A program made the position numbers and the translations under genes. A DNA stretch of 63,815 nucleotides, counting the filler, from Phoronis australis (lineage: Eukaryota > Animalia > Phoronida): NCBI GenBank assembly GCA_002633005.1. It is 10 parts of 10 records of this genome, joined end to end, with 100 filler letters (N's around TTAATTAATTAA, not from the genome) between each part and the next. Parts side by side here need not be neighbours in the genome. Positions count along the whole stretch, not along the records: positions 37,572 to 44,815 come from NMRA01002047.1; positions 44,916 to 62,627 come from NMRA01000361.1; 8 more parts are not named here. One strand, written 5' to 3'. Positions within the stretch are counted from its first letter, which is position 1; every line of letters begins with the position of its first letter. This document shows, one piece after another, positions 38,438 to 48,957 of the stretch. Below the pieces are notes generated by a model. The model did no database searches. It was not told the origin of the DNA and saw only the letters and a list, made by a program, of their open reading frames with translations.

Positions 38438-38810
38438 TTATGTGTCCACATATTTATATGTGGTCGCATCGCATATTGCCATCATCTCTGTCTGGGCGTC
38501 TGGCGTCCATAGCTGTATCTCCTGAAGCATCTGTTAGTGAGATGATGCCGTCCTCCCATTTTCAGATGGAGTCGCGGTACTTTGTGCCACCCAGTGGCCA
38601 TTTTTCCTATTTTCGAATCTGATTTTGGCGTCTGCCCTTCTATCAACCAATCCGCTCTAGGCTAGGGATGATTTTGAAAATTGTCATATATGATCTTTGT
38701 AACTGTGAAGAGGGCTGTTGACAATGATTTACCAACGACTTTGAATACTGTGGCGCCTCATAGTGGTAGTTTTGTTTGTTTTTGCGCCCATGGCTGTATC
38801 TCCTAAGTGC
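38438..38810 (+). mobile_element. Helentron/HINE-like interspersed repeat; related to 53188-53915 and 56805-57772
   Basis: Shares TATTGCCATCATCTCTGTCTGGGC, AGCTGTATCTCCT and CC(C/T)AGTGGC motifs with the KATNB1 intronic copies. Class is inferred from architecture only. Confidence 0.5.
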
Positions 38811-39242
38811 TGTTTAGGATCTTTATTGAATTTTGCTAGTGTGCTTAAAAAATCTGGGTGATCAATAACCCACTGTTACCTTAATGTAGGTTATGTAAGA
38901 AAATTTATGTAAAAACCATGTTTGTCTCTTGGCAGGTTGTGGGTTAGGGAGAATTGAATAGCATATATTTAGATTGGGTTGCACAGTGTCTAATAATTAT
39001 TAAATGAATGTTATCATATGTAACACTTGTCTTTCTCCCAACAAGTGAAACTCTGATTCATGTCCTTATTAGTTAATGGCATATCCATTGTAGGACACTA
39101 ATACTTAAACACACAAAGTATAAACCATTATCCAACCGCATGACATAGGCCCATATCTGAAGCATGCCCTTTTAAGGTTATGCTGGACCCTAGAAAAATT
39201 TCCAGCTAACTTTGTAACTTTGCATCTCAGAAATCGCTTTCA

Positions 39243-39420
39243 CATTTATTTATTATTTGATATTTCTATGAGGGTAGCCCCATCAGTTGACACTGCTTTC
39301 CATGGGGGCCCTCAGTAAAAACATAAAAAGACAGTTGAAGACAAACAAAATTACAAATTAGACAAAATTTAAATAATCAGTGATGAATAACATGGAAAAA
39401 CTGATGAAACAAAATAGATC
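39243..39420 (-). mobile_element. 3' tail of a LINE/SINE (terminal stem-loop plus AAAT tail)
   Basis: Minus strand GAGGGCCCCCATGG...GATGGGGCTACCCTC hairpin followed by AAATAATAAATAAA. Confidence 0.55.
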
Positions 39421-40098
39421 GTAAAAATAATAAATAGAAGATACTTGTCGCATTATGTCCAGGTTGTCATTGGGCCCCTTGTATACAATATCACTAACTG
39501 AGACTAAGCGTAGAGTTTGCTAGTCAGTGTGTGACGTTAACTTTGTGTTGGTTCCAGAGCTTTAGTGCAGGTGGCTCAAGACCACAATGCCCAGTACATC
39601 TCTCATGGAGCCACGGGGAAGGGGAACGATCAAATACGCTTTGAACTCTGCTGCTACGCCTTGTACCCTAACTCTGAGGTAGGTGTGGGATGTCGGCTGA
39701 TTATAACTAGCTACAAAAAGTAAAACAATGCTGGTGTGATTTTTTACAGTAATATGAAAAAAATTGACAAATTAATATTTTCTATTTGAAAATCAACAAA
39801 ACGATGGAGTGAAAATGTTTCGTTTTTGTTAGTATGATCAAGTCTTTACTTCTGAAGACTGCTGGACTTCAACACTGTTGTTCGGTTGTATTATATTAAG
39901 CATTGCAACGAGTAATTACCACCAATATTTCAGCTACAGTAAATATTCTCCAGTTCAGAACTCTCGCAGAAATTTGGGACATGGATTTTCAAGCTGAAGT
40001 GACATTTTCTTGAGTCTGAAAATAGGGACATGGGCGATTTCACCTTTCATATTTTGTTTTTAATTTTGGGACACTGGGTTTTGCATTGAATCTGAAAG

Positions 40099-40317
40099 CT
40101 TTAAAAAAATATGAGCACAGCCCATAAATCGCTTTTGTGTTGCCGGCATCCAGGTTCTCATTCTTTCCCTTGCACATGTTCACAAGTGAGACCGAGCTCA
40201 GAGGAATAGGATACACCTTTGTGCAAAGCTCAAATCTCAGCCAGTGAAGCCAGCATTTGAACCCAGGTCTCCCACGTGGGAATCCGGTGCTCTAACCATT
40301 GAGTCACACTGTCTCCT
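40099..40317 (-). mobile_element. Full-length tRNA-derived SINE with 15-bp TSD, in an ASS1 intron
   Basis: Minus strand A box TGACTCAATGG and B box GGTTCAAATGC. CATTGAATCTGAAAG at 40084-40098 and 40318-40332. Confidence 0.9.
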
Positions 40318-42713
40318 CATTGAATCTGAAAGTCATTAGACTCGAATATTTATAAAATTCTGGAAACTCAGCTCACTGACGCAACGTCTTCATTCATCCC
40401 CTCTGTGTGCAAAAGTGAATGGCATTTGTTGCCGACTGTGATTCTTGACTTTAGACAATATCCAGCCTTGAGCAAAATAATTGATTTTTCAAAGTTTTTT
40501 CCCAGTCTGGAGAATTCCTGCTTTTTACGCGATGGAACTTGAATGGGGCTGAAGTCAAAAGGCAAACCCTTCTAAATCTTGACCAACTAAAAATACCCTG
40601 CAAAAATCTTTATTAGGAATCATGACATGCATAATAAACCAATCTTCCTACTAATATGACATTAATCTGCTGATAGATGTTTAAGTTTTCTGCGATGATT
40701 ACTCAGTGCTAATTATCCTGTGCTAATTACTCTGTGTGCTAATTATCCCATGCCTAGTCCAAGATTTGCCTCAGAGCAGCTTGTTCAATTTTGGAAACCA
40801 TTAACTGTCAGAGTCATTTGATATTTAATTACCAGAAAATCATTTTTTGGATTTTGAGGTTCAAGTCCTCCGCTTTCGTCAACCCCTTGAGTTTAAATTT
40901 GTCCTCCATTTTAGTTTCTCCGTGTTTAGTGCCATGTCGAATTGTCAATTGATCTGACGCAGGTGATAGCTCCATGGAGGGTGCCAGAGTTCTTCGAGCG
41001 GTTCAATGGTCGAAGTGATCTCCTTGACTATGCCGAAAAAGAACAATATACCCCTACCAGTCACCAAGAGCTGCCTCTGGAGCATGGACGCAAATCTCAT
41101 GCACATCAGGTACTATCTCTGCTCATTGTTGTGGCTATAACTTGTTAAGCCCCAAACGTGTTAAGAATTCTACACTCATACATCACCAGTCTAGTTTGAC
41201 AACTCAATTGATTGGCTATCCTTAAATTCCTACCTAATCTTCATTGCAATCCGCCAACTTCAGCTGAGTTTATCTTTCCTTGGAGATTAACAATGGGTAA
41301 TCAGGTGCAGAGTTGTCCATCATGAACATGTTGTAAACACTGGGACTACAACAATGGTATCAATTCATAAGGCGTGATAAATTTAAGATTAGTTCTTTTT
41401 ATTGTTGTTATTGTTTGTTGTTTATGGCATTATAGAGTAGGTTAACCTTTGCCCTTTGACATTTTCTCCCTTAGTTATGAAGCTGGAATCCTTGAAGATC
41501 CCAAGACTGAGGCACCTGACCTTTTCTTAATGACCACTGACCCCAGAAAGTCACCTGATAAACCGGACAAACTGGAGATTGAATTCAAACGAGGTACTGC
41601 TGTCTTCATGCTATGAACATTCCCACTAAATAAAATTGGTTCTAACCCCAGTGGTTAAGGTAAACGGCGGGGTATGGAAAATTGAACTCGACCGTATTTA
41701 TCCACCTTGGCTGAGTCGCGCTCGGCTCACGATCAAAGGGATGCCGCCAAGCTGCTCTAGTCATCGAGTCACGAGCGAGGATAATTGGCTTCGCTCATGC
41801 AGATATGATCAGCTGATTACAATCTAGCTAGCAGACTGTACTTTTTATTGAGAGAGTTTTACGCAGTTTTTACTGTAATATTTGAAAAGAAGAGCGAAAA
41901 CAAATATGAGAACAACTTTGAATTTTACAAATCGGCCCAGGATAAGAGATTTTGCAACACAGCAACACTCACGATTACTTTCATTCGGCGCGCACTAATA
42001 CAAAAATATAGGACCCAAGTTCTTTAGATTTTGGAACGCATGCATTGCAATATTCAAAATACGTTTATTATGAATCTTACAAGCTGTAAAACGACGATGT
42101 TAATTTCATTGTGTTCATTCATTGTCAACCGTCAAATCGGCAATTTCCGAGATGTGATCTGCGGTGAAAAAATGACCTTCATAAGCTGTGTTTCTCACTG
42201 CTTCTTGGGTCGTAATGTAATCTACAGATTCTGAAGTTTTCAAAAGAAATTAGAAATCTGTCAGATTCTTTCCAAACTTAGACGAATGTGTTGACAGGAT
42301 TATTTATTATTTTGTCAGAACATTTATTTGAATGAACCAGTTCAATTGTCGAAATTAAATCAAAATTGAACATGATGCTATTCTGCCTAACCTCTAGTTG
42401 TTTGGATTTGTAAGACAAGTTGTGGCATTTTTAATAAAGTGCGTTGATCAACACTCGTCGCAATATAGCCTGAATTGAAGAAACATGGTCCAGTCAAAAA
42501 GAAATTGATATTTTCTCATGGCATTGTGTGTTGAACCTTTGTCAAATATCAACGTGCTGTTTATTTTGAAAACTAAGCTGTTGCCAAGTTTACATCTGTT
42601 CATATTATACAAAAGCTATGTATTGTTCCTTGTTAGTAAGTCAATAATCAATTATGACTAACTAGGGAATGGAAACTGAAATTTAGTAATTTTTAATATT
42701 ACATTAATTTTAT

Positions 42714-42857
42714 GTCTGGTCTGCACGCCACATCGCGTGACAAAATGAACATTAGTCTGAAAAGATTTCAGTCCCCAACCGGTACTCGAACCCAGGACCC
42801 TCTGCTAACCATGCAGACGCTTTAGCCAGTGGCCAATAGGTGGTGTGCAGACCAGAC
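42714..42857 (-). mobile_element. tRNA-like cassette enclosed by 18-bp inverted repeats
   Basis: GTCTGGTCTGCACGCCAC / GTGGTGTGCAGACCAGAC (17 of 18 match). Inside, on the minus strand: TGGCCACTGG, anticodon-like arm TCTGC-ATGGTTA-GCAGA, and B box GGTTCGAGTAC. Confidence 0.6.
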
Positions 42858-43828
42858 TTCAAAATGTTTGTGATCTATATTTTCCATTACGGTTGAAGAT
42901 TTACATATTTATAGCCTTTTANCCAGACTTCAAAATGTTTGTGATCTATATTTTCCATTACGGTTGAAGATTTACATATTTATAGCCTTTTAATATGAAT
43001 ATTAGTTATTTGTAGAATGCTGCTTTTTCTGTGCTTAATTAATTATATTAAGTAACTTAACAATTATGTGAACCTTGAATTTTCCCAAAATCATATGAAC
43101 TGAGGGTTTGCTTTCTTGTATCCATGGTGGCCAATAAAAGGGTACGAAAACGTGTTTAATTAGTGATTTTTCCCAAAAAAGTTCTTGTGCATGTATTAAC
43201 AATTTGTTGTTCCCTGTAAATAAAGCCTATCCTCAGTGCAGTATCTCAAAAAGATTTGGTGGTTTAATGCAAGACCTTTCCCTAAAGTACAGTCATCCAT
43301 TATCTCACCTGAAGCGACCATATAGTCTTGCTTGCCAATTTAGTTGATAGTCTAAGGATTTGCCGAACTAGAATCAAACATGGCCAGCACCTCCAATTTC
43401 ACTGTACCTTTCTGTCTTATCTGGGAGCATTAGCACCCACACCCGACGAAATGTCCCTCATGAACTTTTCAAGAATTGGAGTTTTACATCCCAACGTTCT
43501 AATTGCATTGCACGGTATCCACTACCTTTTATTTTTCCGTTACTTTATAAATTTTAACAATCCAGGCATAAACACAGACAAGTAGTGTGGTTATATCGGA
43601 TTCCCTTCATTTACGATGTCATCTTCTACATCTCATCCTATTCATGTAGCCTAAACCTCAGTGTTAAGTTTGCCTGATGTAGCACTCAGTACCCCATTAC
43701 TGATGCAGGTGTCTATGAGACCCCTGGTGGTACCATCCTGTACCAGGCTCGCCTGGACATAGAGGCATTCTGCCTGGATAAAGAGGTGCGCCGACTAAAA
43801 CAGTACCTGGGCACAAGGTTTTCGGAGA

Positions 43829-43923
43829 CCCGTGTAACTCATCCGAGACACAGTCTCCCGTGTAACTCATCCGAGACACAGTCTCCTGTGTAACTCACCC
43901 GAGACACAGTCTCCCGTGTAACT
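43829..43923. repeat. 28-bp minisatellite, ~3.4 copies
   Basis: CCCGTGTAACTCATCCGAGACACAGTCT units start at 43829, 43857, 43885 and 43913. Confidence 0.9.
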
Positions 43924-44120
43924 GATCCATGGCATGAGAGATATACAGTGACTGTCCTAAATGTAACATGTTTTGGAATCTGCTGTGAAGTAGTATTTAA
44001 TTATATCAGTTTGATATCATCTAAGTAGTTTATGACTGCTAACAAAGACGTGGAAACACTGAATGACTGAAGTTTCAACTGAAAGCCACTTGGTGAGCAG
44101 ACAAGAGATGCAAGCTGGCA

Positions 44121-44276
44121 ATCTGATTTTGGAGTGTGCCTACAGTCATAATGAATTGACATCTGATTCTGGAGTGGGCCTACAGTCATAATGAATTGAC
44201 ATCTGATTCTGGAGTGTGCCTACAGTCATAATGAATTGACATCTGATTCTGGAGTGTGTCTTCAGTCATAATGAAT
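44121..44276. repeat. 40-bp minisatellite, 4 copies
   Basis: ATCTGATTCTGGAGTGTGCCTACAGTCATAATGAATTGAC units start at 44121, 44161, 44201 and 44241. Confidence 0.92.
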
Positions 44277-44440
44277 GAAAATCTTTCAGTTTACATTCAA
44301 GTCAGCAGGCTCCAGTCGCTGACTTCAAGTTAACTCTAATATCTCTTTAAATAATCGTTTTAACTAGATGGTACACTAATTAGTCTCATTAAAGAACTAA
44401 AAACATGCGGTCTGTTGAGGATGAGTGTTTACTTAATATG

Positions 44441-44574
44441 TGAATCCTGTTCAACTCTGTCTATCACCTGATTGTAGGGTTCTGATAGTTCATCTGTAAG
44501 TACATGAATCCTGTTCAACTCTGTCTATCACCTGATTGTAGGGTTCTGATAGTTCATCTGTAAGTATATGAATC
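44441..44574. repeat. Tandem duplication, 2 x 64 bp
   Basis: TGAATCCTGTTCAACTCTG... starts at 44441 and at 44505. Confidence 0.9.
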
Positions 44575-45234
44575 TTGGTTTAGCTTAAGCTTTACGTTTT
44601 TTGCAGCTGTGAGTTCTATATTCCCTCTAGCATGCTCAGTCATACATCATTGTGTTGCCTTATTAGTTTGCTTTTCTTGTTATATTCTTAGTTCTAGTTT
44701 GCTATTATTTGATTGACTTGCAGTTTGTTTGTCTCCTCCACTGCATGTAAACAGGGAGTTACAAGTGTTGTTTTTCACTTTAATGTGGCCACCAGTATTT
44801 ATTACAAGTGTTTACNNNNNNNNNNNNNNNNNNNNNNNNNNNNNNNNNNNNNNNNNNNNTTAATTAATTAANNNNNNNNNNNNNNNNNNNNNNNNNNNNN
44901 NNNNNNNNNNNNNNNGAACTATTTTTAGCACAGTCACGAAATATTTTCACGTTTGGCAATTCTTTGTTAGTCGACTCATGGATGAGACTGTCTCGCCACC
45001 TGGTGACTGACTTGTTAGGCGGGGTTAAGTGTTACTATGTGTTCACTATTCAGATTTTTGTGTGAAACATATTGTGTATTGTACATTTCGTTTGCGCAAA
45101 CAACAATGATGTGTGTGCTATATTTTCTTATCTGTACACCTTACAAAACATATCTATTCATTGTATCTAACAGGTCTTGAAATGAAATTTTCCATTCAAA
45201 TTAATTTTGTCTACTAATTTTTTTTGCAATAAAT

Positions 45235-48200
45235 TCATCCATTTTGCATTGGCGACCCAATGTTGTGATTACGAATTGCATCTACCAGTTGATTACTCAG
45301 CGTATATCGCACGCCTCTCCATGTGAAGTGGCTAGGTGGGTCAACACCTTCGTCACCACTGCTAAACTCAAAGTGTTTGCTGAACTCGATAGCCAGGCTG
45401 GATTTAATGAGTCCAAAGCCTCCGACTTTATCAGGTGCTGGGTGGTAAATTCTACCACTCTCCGGCACCATACACACTTGATCTGGCTGGAACGGTACTG
45501 TTAATAAATCCCCGCCGTTATTGTGGGAGAAGAGTTCACCATCCGTTCCTTCTAACACCTGTGTGAACACTATGGGGCAGTCGTCGCATCTGATGTAGTT
45601 CATCTCTGGACCACACGGCGATATGTAGGGGAACTCGGAATAACGATCAGTGGTGTTTGCTTTTAATCTCTTGAAGAAAAATTGTAAAAATTTCATTTCT
45701 GCAAAATAAAGCAGAAAATATGTCGGCATATGAAAAGGATCTGAAAATACTCGCTATATTTTCTACCATTCTATTTCCATAGCTAGCTACAGATCTGTGC
45801 AATTTTTCAAAGACAAACACATTATTTAAAAGGATACTAAACCCTAATGATTAGGTTATTTCTGCCAATCCTAGTTTGTGTTCCTATACAACACTGGTGT
45901 CGTAATGATAAAAGCAGTATTCAACTAAACACTACCGGTAGCTCATTTATTGCACTTGGTTGACTTTGTCGATTCTGCCAGGTCAAACAGCTAAGATGTC
46001 TGAGTGGTATTAGCAACAAGTCGTCATCGAGAGCCAATAGGATGTCTTGGATGATTAACCCGCCAGAACTTGCAAAGTCAATGAAAAACAGCCATTTTAT
46101 CATAAGATGTGTCGTGTAGTTTTTGATGTGTAGCCTTTCCCCACAGTTGCCGTTAAATTGGCTAAAGCGTTAGTCACCCTTGGCGGTTAGTAGACTTTGC
46201 AAAAAGTTTTGTTCCAAACTTTTGAGAGCTGACAAGGGCATTATTTTATATTTTTTTATATTTGAGACAAAGATGGCAGAGTCCTTAATATCTGCTAACG
46301 GGCCAAACCCGGGTTTAGTATCCTTTAAACTAATTTCCATAGTAACATAACTATATTCCGAGTCATATGTTGAGAGTGAACTATACCTTTGAAGCATGAT
46401 GTAAAGTTTTTCATCTTGGCATCGTCAAGGAACAACTGAAAGATAAAATGTTGAACACAGTGAGAAACCATGGTAATATCCAAGGAAACACTTTGTAGAG
46501 TTCTGTAGCTGTCTCGAGGTGAGAAAAATCTAGCCAAAATCAAGGTGCTCTCATTGAAAATACATGTCAATATCTCGTGAAGTCTTACTTTTCAGTGAAG
46601 TCCTAGCATAACTTTAGCAAGTCACTTTTGGCATTACAAATATCTCTCGTTTGATTATTCCAGACGGAGAGTAGCTTTTCAATTGCACATCTGGTCAAAT
46701 GTTAAATTTTCCTGGCAGTCTTATTCAGTATCACACGTACTGATGGAGAGAAAAGGAACTTAGATCATCTGGTTGTCACTATCAGTTCTGGTTTATCACT
46801 TTTCTATTAAATTGCAGGGTACCCTCATCAGGGCAGATAAAAGAGTGTTTGCTATATCCTGTTGCGATAAAAATTTACAGCCTTTACAGCACTGAACACA
46901 AATTACAAGTAAACAGAATGTGATCTAAAAGTCAAGTAGAATAAAAAAAACTGAGATTGCAATTAAACGATAAAAATATTAACCTGGCACTTCATTAGTT
47001 CATATCATCATTGACAATCACACTTCACACACAGCCCAGAGGCAGCACGTAGCTAAAGGCTTTCGGGCCGTCTTTGGCTTCTGCAGCCAATCCCAATTAG
47101 TTAATAGTTAAGTCACATGGTTCCAGCATTACATGAACCAGCTTTCTCTTTTGAATAACGGGCGTAAAGCTGGTTGTAAATATCTGAAACCCCTGCGACT
47201 ATTACCGACCACTCAGATATTGGTAACATCGATTAAACAAAGGTGACCTTAGTTCGTCTACCAACACTACTACCAGGAGTTGGCAATAACTTTTGGAGAT
47301 TGAAAATATACCAAAAACATCTGAGATTAATTTGCCAATAAACTTTATCCTCGGTTCTTTTATCATTTGCTCTAGCAATTAAGTTAAATTCAATCCTATC
47401 ATTGGTGCAAATTACTTGAAAATGTGTTAAAAATCATCCACTGACAAACACGTTTTCTTATGGCCACCGTCACAACATTTTTAGGTCAGGTGAGTTTTAA
47501 TTTGCACATTCAAGACAAAAAATGAAAGGGTGGAGATAAGTGCAATTTTCAAAGTGTTTAATACATGTTACTGTTTTCAAGCATATTGTTTAGCATGCTT
47601 TATTTCATCAATCAAATCGGTAAAGCATTCTCATAACAGGGCTACATATTACAGTGCCTACCTTGGGCAACGGGGAGCATAAAAACACTGACAAAACTGC
47701 TATTACCTCACTTTCGGTTTTTTGTCTTAAATATGGAACATTATGGGTCAGCTGACCAAAAAAGATGTGTCCTTGGCCATGAAGAAAAGTGGTTCTTAAC
47801 AGACGAGTTTTAACATGGCGTGGCTAAGTACTAATAAATTGCACTGATAACTGAGTTTGGAATTACAACAGCAAAAAGGATGAAAGAACGTCAAAAAAGT
47901 ATAAAGGTTATTGACTGGTAAGTCTGAACTTGTCGAACTTTCTGGAAGTACATTTTCTGATTTTCATTCAAAAGTTCAAAGCAACAACTCGATAGGTAAC
48001 CGAGTAGGATTACCAACCCTTCCGCATTCGATGAACTGTTGTCTGGTTATTATTCATGCGCACACCCAACCTTTAACATGGGGGGCTCATGTGGACCTTT
48101 TGCTGACAAAAAAGCAGGAGGACTAAAAAAACAGCTGGGTATAACCTTCAGAACTGTGAACTGTGCGTCTGCACTTTTTTCGTGGACTTTTGTCTCGTTT

Positions 48201-48505
48201 GTTCGGATTTTTTGTTTCTCTGAGGCGGACCTTTTTGCCCACCCCCCGGGTGCGCGCATGTTATTGACTGTCACTGACTCAGCCTGGGCCACGGTTAAGC
48301 CAGGCTGAGTCAGTCTGCCAGTACTCTACTTAGACTAGTACGACTCAGTCTTATCTCGTCAACACACCTGTCCTTGATGATCAATGTAATAAAAGTATTC
48401 CCTAACTTTTGGTTTTGGCGATTGTCCTTGTACATAGTGAACGAATCGTCTTTTCATGTATGGAAAGACTCCGTAGATTTTAGGTTTCACCCGCACAAAC
48501 ATCAT
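45235..48505 (-). CDS. C8orf82: UPF0598 protein C8orf82 homologue, 216 aa. Exons: 48505-48368, 46435-46387, 45698-45235
   Basis: Spliced translation ...YVQGQSPKPKVREYFYYIDHQGQ|LFLDDAKMKNFTSCFK|EMKFLQFFFKRLKAN...FPYISPCGPEMNYIRCDDCPIVFT...GRIYHPAP...GLIKSSLA. GT-AG introns with consistent phases. Confidence 0.93.
48055..48260 (+). mobile_element. MITE of the CATGCGCGCAC-TIR family (5-bp TSD), copy 3, in C8orf82 intron 1
   Basis: TIRs CATGCGCACACCC / GGGTGCGCGCATG. TTATT at 48050-48054 and 48261-48265. Confidence 0.9.
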
Positions 48506-48957
48506 TTTCTCTTTCGCACAGAAACGAAGTGTTGTTTACAGCGGAAGTTCACAAAGAACACAAAAAATTTTTATTATAGAATATTTTTGCATTTCATACA
48601 TAAATGTAGTCAATTATCACTTTTCATAAATATTGCTAAATATTTCTTCAATCAATTTTGAAATCTAATGGTTATTCAAAATTAAATTATTTTATGTTTC
48701 CAGTCAATTATGAATTAGCCAATCAGAATCTAATAAGTACGTTTTGTCCGTGGATCAAGCGCGAGCTTCAGCCCAGGAACTCATTCTTGCTTACTGTGTG
48801 CTGTCAAATTAAAAAATTACACGATTGGTTCATATTTCGTTGAGTCGAAATGGTCTAAGATTTTATGACCAGCTTATTCCTGTAATATTCTTATCTTTGT
48901 ATATCTAGCGACTAAACTAGACGCTTGCCAAGGATCGTGAGAGGCTCAGTCTGAAAA
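48506..48957. promoter_or_regulatory. Putative bidirectional promoter between C8orf82 and KATNB1
   Basis: 452 bp separate the divergent start codons. CCAAT boxes in opposite orientation: AGCCAATCAG (~48717) and CGATTGGTT (~48822). Confidence 0.65.

Larger units (their letters stand above)
39558..43827 (+). pseudogene. ASS1: Argininosuccinate synthase, partial and disrupted copy. Exons: 39558-39678, 40963-41109, 41475-41593, 43709-~43827
   Basis: Exons read [22 protein letters not shown]; [48 protein letters not shown] (+1 A in the run at 41036-41040); YEAGILEDPK...KLEIEFKRG; and GVYETPGGTILYQARLDIEAF...TRFSE, cut off by a minisatellite. The segment carrying GRIDIVENR was not found. Family identity is secure; pseudogene status is less so. 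Confidence 0.8.

Noticed and set aside
43829-44574. Cluster of 28-, 40- and 64-bp repeats as a possible CRISPR-like array
   Set aside because: Units are head-to-tail with no unique spacers, the context is eukaryotic, and no cas genes are present.
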